This document shows positions 1-6,239 of a DNA stretch of 11,030 nt, in pieces (position 1 is the stretch's first letter; the number at the start of each line of letters is the position of its first letter). Location of the stretch: the NCBI GenBank assembly GCA_048938025.1, contig JBHLMP010000076.1, positions 1-11,030 on the forward strand. Direction: 5' to 3'. The translations under genes and the position numbers were made by a program. The notes beneath the pieces are model-generated. The model saw only the letters and a program-made list of their open reading frames with translations, was not told the origin of the DNA and ran no database searches. Source of the stretch: Promethearchaeota archaeon. Lineage in GTDB: Archaea > Asgardarchaeota > Lokiarchaeia > Sigyniarchaeales > SOKP01.

Positions 1-1037
1 CTAATATATTTGTAATTTTCAGTTCGTATTCCTCGAATTGGATCATAAATTTCATGGTAAGTTTTTTCTATAAATATATCTTTTCTAATTTCCTTGGTCT
101 CTCCTTTTAAAATAGGTAAAAAACTTTTTCCCTCAATTTCTTCAGGAATGTTTCCTCCTATAAGCTCTAGTAATGTAGGAATGATGTCTATATTACTTAC
201 AAAGCTATTAATAACTTTTCCACCTTTAAATAGGTCTAAATCATCTTGATACATTATAAAGATGGTTTTTACTCCAGGATCATATAAAGTACATTTTGCT
301 CGTGGAAAGGGACTTCCATGATCAGTTGTATAAATAAAGAGTGTTTTTTCTTTTAATCCAGTTTCTTGCAGCATCTTCATAATTTTTCCTATTGCCATAT
401 CAACCCTATTTATCGCTCCATAATATTCTGCTAGTTCATTTCTAATTATTTCATTATCAGGTAAAAACGGAGGCACTTTAACAGATTCAGGCTTTACTGG
501 ATCTCCAAATATTTTAAATGGTCGATGAACCTCTCCTACTCCAATATTTAGAAAAAAGGGATTTTTATTATTCCTATGTTCATTAAAAAATTTAAAACAT
601 TCATCTTCTACTAATTTACAATTATAATAAAATCCAATATCTACTCCTTTTTTACTGAAATATCTCTTCGTAATGGTATCGTAGCCTAAATCAACAGGTC
701 TTAGTCTCTCATGTTGTAATCCAATTAAATGAGTAGAATATCCATTATCTTTTAAATACATTGGTAAAGTTTTATTTTCATTCGGTAATGTCCATCCCAT
801 ATTTACAAGACCCATCAATCCATGCTGATGAGGGTATTTAGAAGTCATTATACTTCCGCGGCTAGGGGAACATTGAGGCGCAGTACAAAAATTATTAGTA
901 AATTTGACTCCTTTTTCTGCAATCTGATCAAGATTCGGTGTAGTAAGGGAATTTGGAGTTTGTGGTGAATCATAACATCCCAAAAATTGTCCTTGATCAT
1001 GGGTTATGAATATAACTATGTTGGGTTTTTCTTTCAA
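1..1037 (-). CDS. Sulfatase, Cys-type (formylglycine-dependent), N-sulfoglucosamine sulfohydrolase/sulfamidase-like; runs off the left edge of the window
   Basis: Manual translation from TTG at 1037 gives 345 open codons: MKEKPNIVIFITHDQGQFLGCY...TPNLDQIAEKGVKFTNNFCTAPQCSPSRGSIMTSKYPHQHG...EVHRPF...YYGAINRVDMAIGKIM...TTDHGSPFPRAKCTLYDPG...NIDIIPTLLEL...HEIYDPIRGIRTENYKYI. The CxPxR signature is at 858-872. An in-frame TAA lies a few codons upstream, with no ATG in between. Confidence 0.93.
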   Translation of the reverse strand, partial: MKEKPNIVIFITHDQGQFLGCYDSPQTPNSLTTPNLDQIAEKGVKFTNNFCTAPQCSPSRGSIMTSKYPHQHGLMGLVNMGWTLPNENKTLPMYLKDNGYSTHLIGLQHERLRPVDLGYDTITKRYFSKKGVDIGFYYNCKLVEDECFKFFNEHRNNKNPFFLNIGVGEVHRPFKIFGDPVKPESVKVPPFLPDNEIIRNELAEYYGAINRVDMAIGKIMKMLQETGLKEKTLFIYTTDHGSPFPRAKCTLYDPGVKTIFIMYQDDLDLFKGGKVINSFVSNIDIIPTLLELIGGNIPEEIEGKSFLPILKGETKEIRKDIFIEKTYHEIYDPIRGIRTENYKYI

Positions 1038-1061
1038 TATATTTTCGATAATAATTTGATG

Positions 1062-1069
1062 TTTAAAAA
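1062..1069 (-). promoter_or_regulatory. Candidate TATA box for the sulfatase (possibly a leaderless transcript)
   Basis: Minus-strand TTTTTAAA lies about 25-32 nt upstream of the TTG, and there is no SD in front of the start codon. The AT-rich context makes this weak. Confidence 0.3.
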
Positions 1070-1119
1070 GTTAGTAGATAATTTTAATTATAGAACAATT
1101 CAATTGAATTTTCTTTAAA

Positions 1120-1153
1120 AAAAGTTCGTGAAACCGTTCTTTTACGAATTTTT
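1120..1153. promoter_or_regulatory. Inverted repeat (14-bp stem, 6-nt loop) in the divergent sulfatase/MFS intergenic region
   Basis: AAAAGTTCGTGAAA-ccgttc-TTTTACGAATTTTT gives 12 Watson-Crick pairs plus 2 G-U pairs when read on the + strand. Confidence 0.5.
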
Positions 1154-1243
1154 ATCAATATCTCAATAATATCTGGATATGAATTCTGATAATATTCTTC
1201 GATTCAGATTGTTATTTCTAATTTATTAGATATATGAATTAGG

Positions 1244-1255
1244 TTTATATATAAA
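1244..1255 (+). promoter_or_regulatory. Candidate archaeal TATA box for the MFS gene
   Basis: TTTATATATAAA (perfect palindrome) about 50-60 nt upstream of ATG 1306. The same AGGTTTATATA context occurs at 5682-5692. Confidence 0.5.
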
Positions 1256-1305
1256 TTCAATTTAATAAAAATTAAATTAAGGAGATTCCCTGATTAACAA
1301 TTGCT

Positions 1306-2526
1306 ATGAATCAAGAGATTAAGGAAAAAGAAATCAGTAGAATGAAGAATAGATCAATATTAATTGAAAGTATCATATATATACTTTTTTTCTTAGGACC
1401 ATTAACAGGAAATGTTATTTTAGTTCTATTTGGAATTCTTTCGGGAGAGTTTGACGTATCTCCTAGCTCAATTTCAATTGCTATTCCTTCATTTATGTTT
1501 CCTTTTGCGATAATTCAACTTTTTTCAGGAGCAATTTCTGATATTAAAGGAAGGGTCCCTGTTATAATTTTTGGTTTATCAGTTTTTGGAGTGGGAATGC
1601 TTGTAGCAGCTACTTCATCTTCATTAATAATGTTCTTAATTGCCAACATTCTTGGTGGATTTGGATTTGGATTTGTAAATCCGGTTTTAATAGCTTTAAT
1701 GACTGACATAACACCTGGACAAGATATTCCTAAAAAAATGGGTTATCTTGGATCTGCGGCGAATTTAGGAGTAGCTATTGGTCCAATACTTGCTGGATTT
1801 ATAGTTATTATAGGATGGCGATTTCTTTATTTGTTATTTATATTAATTACTGGAATTAGTTTACTAATATTAATTGGTTTAAAACGAGCTCCCCAGAGAA
1901 CCAGTAAGGTTTCAGAGTTCCGACTTTTTCTATCTCATTTATTTCAAGAACTTCGTAGATTTGTTGTAATATTAATGATAATATCCGCTTTTCTAAGTTC
2001 ACAAACTTATTTAGCAATTATTGTTTGGACTTCACGAGCTTTTACGCATGTAATTGATGAAACTCTTGCAGGGATAATTATTGGGAGTGCAGGAATCATG
2101 GGAGCGAGTACAGGAATTTTAATAGGTTACTTAATAATAAAAAAAGGAGTTGGAATAGCAATACTAATTGGAATCATTTCATTATATATTGGATTAATGA
2201 TTTTATTATTAATTAGTGATATTACGAACAATAACCTACTTCTATTTACGACTTTAGGTCTTATGTTTATAGGTGTCGCTGGAGGATCTCTAATTCCTTC
2301 AATTATGTATTATAGCCAAACATTATCGAAGGAGAGACGTGGAGCTTTAGCAGGACTAGCGACAGCAGGTCAATTTATCGGAATTGCCCTCGTACCTATA
2401 ATTTATGATTCAACTTTTCATGATAAAGGTATTAAAATGGTTTATTTTACTGTTTTTATAATATCTATCTTTCTTATTATTGTTTTTTCCTTATTATACA
2501 CCTTAGGAAAGAGAACTTATAAATAG
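1306..2526 (+). CDS. Major facilitator superfamily transporter (about 12 TM, DHA1-like motifs)
   Basis: 406 aa, strongly hydrophobic. Motif A (GAISDIKGR), motif C (GVAIGPILAG) and a C-terminal ERRGALAG loop are present. Confidence 0.93.
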   Translation: MNQEIKEKEISRMKNRSILIESIIYILFFLGPLTGNVILVLFGILSGEFDVSPSSISIAIPSFMFPFAIIQLFSGAISDIKGRVPVIIFGLSVFGVGMLVAATSSSLIMFLIANILGGFGFGFVNPVLIALMTDITPGQDIPKKMGYLGSAANLGVAIGPILAGFIVIIGWRFLYLLFILITGISLLILIGLKRAPQRTSKVSEFRLFLSHLFQELRRFVVILMIISAFLSSQTYLAIIVWTSRAFTHVIDETLAGIIIGSAGIMGASTGILIGYLIIKKGVGIAILIGIISLYIGLMILLLISDITNNNLLLFTTLGLMFIGVAGGSLIPSIMYYSQTLSKERRGALAGLATAGQFIGIALVPIIYDSTFHDKGIKMVYFTVFIISIFLIIVFSLLYTLGKRTYK

Positions 2527-2575
2527 ATAATAAGAAATAAATAAAAATTAGTTTAGATTTAAGTTTTCCATTTAT

Positions 2576-2582
2576 AAAAAAA
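2576..2582 (-). terminator. Oligo-T tract after the 920-aa hdrA stop (archaeal-type terminator candidate)
   Basis: T7 on the minus strand directly follows the TGA at 2583-2585, within a 56-bp gap between convergent genes. Confidence 0.4.
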
Positions 2583-5345
2583 TCACTTAATTATTGTAAG
2601 TTCTGTCCCATCATCATATTTTTCCTCTGATTTTGCTTTTTCTAAAAAATATGGATCAATTATAGCAGAGATTTGTTTAAAGTCATAATGTCTTGCATCA
2701 ATTGCCTTTAATCGACAAGTTGCAGAACATTTTCCACATCCTTTACATATAGCAGGATTAATGATAGCTTTTTTAGTGGCAATACTAACATCCTCATATT
2801 CTTGTTTAGAATCTGTAAGTTTTATTGCTTTGAATTGGCAAACTTCAGCGCATCTACCACAACCATTACATCTTTCAGCATTAACTTTCATATCTTTGAA
2901 GAAACACTGAATAGAGAGCATAAATGAGAGATATTCCAATTTTGTCGTTGAAATTTGTTTTACACTTAAGAATCTACTTGCCCGACCAGCTGCTGCATTT
3001 GCCTGTGATATACAATCTTGTATATTTTTTGGCCATTCTGCACATCCACAAACAAAAATTCCATGCCCTGCAAAATCTAAAGGTCTTAATTTTGTATGTG
3101 CTTCAATAAAAAATCCATTTTCATCAAGAGGAACATCAAGCATTCGTGACAAGTCCTTTAAATCATCAGGTGGGATCATTGGAGTTGCTAATACAATTAA
3201 TTCAGTACTAAATTCAATAATATTATCCGGATTAGAATCATCTCGCAATTTTATTATGTATTTTTCTGGATTCTGGCTCATCTTAACAACTTCAGGGATG
3301 TTTTTTAAATTATATCTAATATAATCTGCGACTTTTTTCCTTTCACTAAATAGATCTTCAAACTCTTTTTTAGCCATATGAAGATCTCTGAATAAAACAA
3401 CTATTTTGATTTTTGAATTAATTTCCTTTAAAATTTCAATATTTTTTATAGTATTACTACAACATACATTTGAACAATATGAGAATCCTTCCTTTTGTCT
3501 TGCTTTAACACATAAAATTATAGTAATATGTTTTATCTTGGTAAGCCAAGAATTATCCTTACTTTTCAGCTTTTTCTCTAGTTCTAAAAGAGTTAAAACA
3601 TTTTTATTATTTTTATTGTATTGAAAAAGACCTATCGGCTTAAATTCTTGACTTCCTGTAGCAATGATTATCGTTCCGATTCTAATATTATGGATTTTAT
3701 CATTTATATCTAAAAATGATACATCATAATTCCCAATTGACCCTGAAATACTTTCAATTTTTGAATTTAAAAATATTTTAATATTTGTATTGATTCTTAC
3801 CTTTTCTTCAATATTAAAAAGGAAATCTGAAGCACTTTGTTTAGTAGGGTACAACAGATTAATATAATTTATATTTCCTCCTAATTGATTCTCTTTTTCT
3901 AAAAGAATAGTCTCAAATCCTTGGTTACTTAGATTTAAGGAAGCTGTCATACCAGAGACTCCACCACCTATAACTAATGCCCTTGGAGTAATATTAATTA
4001 TATCCTCTTCTGGTAAGATATCAATCCCCCTTTCTTTTATTTGCGAGTATCTGGCTGGATTCAATATCGTTGCTACTTCCCCTGCAACTCCGCTTGCATT
4101 AGCAACCGTTTCTGAAATATTCACGGGACTTTGACAAAAACCACATAGATAAATCCCTTCTTTAGTTGATAAAGATTTATTAAAGTAAGATTTTGATTGG
4201 AGAAAATTGTATTTATCTAATTTAATTCCCAAGATTTTAGCTAATTTCTCTGTCCCCTTTGAAGGTACCAATGGTGCTGCCAGAACTACTAAATTTGCTT
4301 TATAAGTTTTATCTCTTCCAGATTTCATATCTCTATAATATATAATTATATCGTTTGTTTCTGGTTCTTCTTCAATATTTTGTATCTTACTGTTAATATA
4401 TTTGATACCATATTCTTCTTGAGCATTTTTAGTATACTCATAAAAATCTCGACCAAAAACCCGAATATAATGTCTAAAAACTGTAATTTGAGGAGTTTCG
4501 GCATAAATTTTTGTTAAAATTGCATTTTTTGCTGTATACATACAACATACACGGGAACAATAAGGAATCTGATTTTCTTGATAACCTGATCCTGCACACT
4601 GTATAAATGCTATTTTCTCAGGCTCTTCTTCATTGCTTGGTCTTAAGATATGGTTACCAAATGGTCCTGTAGGGCATAAGATTCTTTCATATTCTAAACC
4701 ATTTACCACATTTTTATATTGATACCCCCATTTTGAAGATAAATCTTCTCCAAGCATGTCAAACCCAGTAGCAACGACGATAGCACCTACACTCAATTCA
4801 ATTTCTTGAGATTTTTGATTAAAATTAATTGCATCACCCTTACAAACTTTTTTACATACCCCACATACACCTCTATTTAAAAATAAACATAATTCCGGGT
4901 CTATTATATATACAGGAGGAGTCGCTTGAGGGAAAGGGATATAAATTGATTTCCTTTTTCCTAACTTCATGTCAAAAATATTCGGAGATTCAATCTTTGG
5001 GCACTTCGCAGCACAATCTCCACAACCCTTACATTTGGTTTCGTCAACATATCTAGGGTTTTTAACTATCGAAACTTTAAAATTTCCTTGGTTTCCGCTT
5101 ACTTTTTTAATCTCAGATAAAGTAAATAATTCAATATTGGGATTCTTATAAACTGCAACCATTTTTGGAGCAAGCATACATAAACTACAGTCGTTTGCAG
5201 GGAATATTTTATCAAATTGAGCCATATGACCGCCAATTGATGCTTCTTTCTCTACTAAGTAAACTTTAAATCCTAATTCAGTTAAATCTAAAGAAGTCTG
5301 GATTCCAGCTATTCCTCCACCAATTACTAAAACAGAACCTTCCAT
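2583..5345 (-). CDS. hdrA: HdrA-like flavo-iron-sulfur protein, 920 aa, two FAD modules, lacking the central Cys-rich domain (divergent paralog)
   Basis: Two Rossmann motifs (GGGIAG, GGGVSG), FPANDCSLC, an inserted ferredoxin (CKGCGDCAAKCP...CGVCKKVC), YCSRVCC and YCSNVCC, FFIEAHTKLRPLD, and a C-terminal 2[4Fe-4S] (CNGCGRCAEVC, CKGCGKCSATC). Colinear with 6240..9326. Confidence 0.92.
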   Translation of the reverse strand: MEGSVLVIGGGIAGIQTSLDLTELGFKVYLVEKEASIGGHMAQFDKIFPANDCSLCMLAPKMVAVYKNPNIELFTLSEIKKVSGNQGNFKVSIVKNPRYVDETKCKGCGDCAAKCPKIESPNIFDMKLGKRKSIYIPFPQATPPVYIIDPELCLFLNRGVCGVCKKVCKGDAINFNQKSQEIELSVGAIVVATGFDMLGEDLSSKWGYQYKNVVNGLEYERILCPTGPFGNHILRPSNEEEPEKIAFIQCAGSGYQENQIPYCSRVCCMYTAKNAILTKIYAETPQITVFRHYIRVFGRDFYEYTKNAQEEYGIKYINSKIQNIEEEPETNDIIIYYRDMKSGRDKTYKANLVVLAAPLVPSKGTEKLAKILGIKLDKYNFLQSKSYFNKSLSTKEGIYLCGFCQSPVNISETVANASGVAGEVATILNPARYSQIKERGIDILPEEDIINITPRALVIGGGVSGMTASLNLSNQGFETILLEKENQLGGNINYINLLYPTKQSASDFLFNIEEKVRINTNIKIFLNSKIESISGSIGNYDVSFLDINDKIHNIRIGTIIIATGSQEFKPIGLFQYNKNNKNVLTLLELEKKLKSKDNSWLTKIKHITIILCVKARQKEGFSYCSNVCCSNTIKNIEILKEINSKIKIVVLFRDLHMAKKEFEDLFSERKKVADYIRYNLKNIPEVVKMSQNPEKYIIKLRDDSNPDNIIEFSTELIVLATPMIPPDDLKDLSRMLDVPLDENGFFIEAHTKLRPLDFAGHGIFVCGCAEWPKNIQDCISQANAAAGRASRFLSVKQISTTKLEYLSFMLSIQCFFKDMKVNAERCNGCGRCAEVCQFKAIKLTDSKQEYEDVSIATKKAIINPAICKGCGKCSATCRLKAIDARHYDFKQISAIIDPYFLEKAKSEEKYDDGTELTIIK

Positions 5346-5352
5346 AAAAATT

Positions 5353-5358
5353 ACCTCA
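5353..5358 (-). promoter_or_regulatory. Shine-Dalgarno site of the 920-aa hdrA
   Basis: Minus strand reads TGAGGT-aattttt-ATG. Confidence 0.7.
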
Positions 5359-5508
5359 TAGAAAAATGAAATAACTTAATTATTCAAATTTATTAGAAAA
5401 ATTTCTTAACAATCTGGTCAAGAAAATATTTGCTAATCATAAAATAAGTAAAAGCCTTTATTTAAGTATTATGCTCAAAAATGTCGAATTCCATTAATAA
5501 CATAGTAG

Positions 5509-5561
5509 ATTTCTGAAAATTTTTCAGATATTTTTTATTGAAATCGGAAATTTTTTCAATA
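5509..5561. promoter_or_regulatory. Cluster of palindromes, candidate transcription-factor operator upstream of the 920-aa hdrA
   Basis: TCTGAAAA-T-TTTTCAGA (5512-5528) is a perfect dyad. TATTGAAA-N10-TTTCAATA spans 5536-5561. 5512-5526 and 5544-5558 match at 13/15 positions, 32 bp apart. Confidence 0.5.
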
Positions 5562-5656
5562 GATGGCTATCGTTTTAGTAAATTCTGATCGATATCAATA
5601 AACATTTCCTTATTATTTATCGTTATTAATAATATTAACTTCTATTTTTTATTGAA
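5529..5656. repeat. 14-bp exact direct repeat TATTTTTTATTGAA (two copies, 114 bp apart)
   Basis: Copies at 5529-5542 and 5643-5656; the match extends to 16/17. Confidence 0.55.
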
Positions 5657-5684
5657 TTCAGTCATGATAATATGGAACTTGAGG

Positions 5685-5694
5685 TTTATATAAA
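5685..5694. promoter_or_regulatory. Candidate TATA box in the mvhD-hdrA spacer
   Basis: TTTATATAAA is palindromic, so orientation is ambiguous. The minus orientation would drive the downstream hdrA paralog. Confidence 0.4.
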
Positions 5695-5777
5695 AAGAAT
5701 TTATTCTTGAATGGGTATTAAAAAATTAAGGATTATAAGAAAAACAGGATTCTTCTTTTATCTTTAAATGATTTTAA

Positions 5778-6215
5778 CTAAATTACCTTCAAAGGTCCTA
5801 ATTCCTTTATTTGGTTTGTAAATTCTGTAATCAAATCAGCAAACCGCTTTCCCTCTGATGCACTTACCCATTCTAACCTGACTCTTTTTTCATTAATACC
5901 TAATTGTTTAATTATAATTTCATGTAATCGTCCAAATCTTTCTTGAGCATATTCATTTCCAGAAATATAATGACAATCTCCAATATGACATCCTGTAATG
6001 AGCACTCCATCAGCTCCCTCTTTTAAAGCTTTTATTACAAATGCAGGATCAATTCTTCCAGAACACATTACTCGAATTATTCTCATGTTAGGCGGGTATT
6101 GAAATCTGGAAACCCCTGCTAAATCTGCTCCTGCGTATGAACACCAATTACAACAAAACACTAATATTTCTGGATAAAAATCCTTTCTTATTACCTTGGT
6201 TTTTGCTTTAGGCAT
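5778..6215 (-). CDS. mvhD: MvhD [2Fe-2S] adaptor (methyl-viologen-reducing hydrogenase delta subunit family), all-Cys form
   Basis: FCCNWCSYAGADLAG, RVMCSGRIDP, GADGVLITGCHIGDCHY and RVRLEWVSASEG motifs; starts 24 bp after the hdrA stop. Confidence 0.97.
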   Translation of the reverse strand: MPKAKTKVIRKDFYPEILVFCCNWCSYAGADLAGVSRFQYPPNMRIIRVMCSGRIDPAFVIKALKEGADGVLITGCHIGDCHYISGNEYAQERFGRLHEIIIKQLGINEKRVRLEWVSASEGKRFADLITEFTNQIKELGPLKVI

Positions 6216-6239
6216 AATAAATTACAGTATTAAATTTTT

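Noticed and set aside
1279-1286. AAGGAGAT as the SD of the MFS gene or a sign of an earlier start
   Set aside because: It is about 20 nt from ATG 1306, and an in-frame TGA at 1291-1293 blocks an upstream start at SD distance.
1515-1709. 64-aa minus-strand ORF
   Set aside because: Antisense shadow inside the MFS gene, with no recognisable motif.
2559-2585. TGA ending the 920-aa hdrA read as selenocysteine
   Set aside because: Readthrough adds only U-FFYKWKT, does not align to a Cys in the paralog, and is followed by a T7 terminator-like tract. No convincing SECIS was seen.
2924-5151. Four short plus-strand ORFs (2924-3109, 3406-3624, 4829-5056, 4969-5151)
   Set aside because: All are antisense to the well-supported hdrA paralog and have no protein-like motifs.
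5346-5777. SECIS element, tRNA or CRISPR array in the long spacer
   Set aside because: The flanking genes have no in-frame TGA, and there is no well-paired SECIS-like stem or cloverleaf. Only two 14-bp repeat copies exist, without regular spacers.
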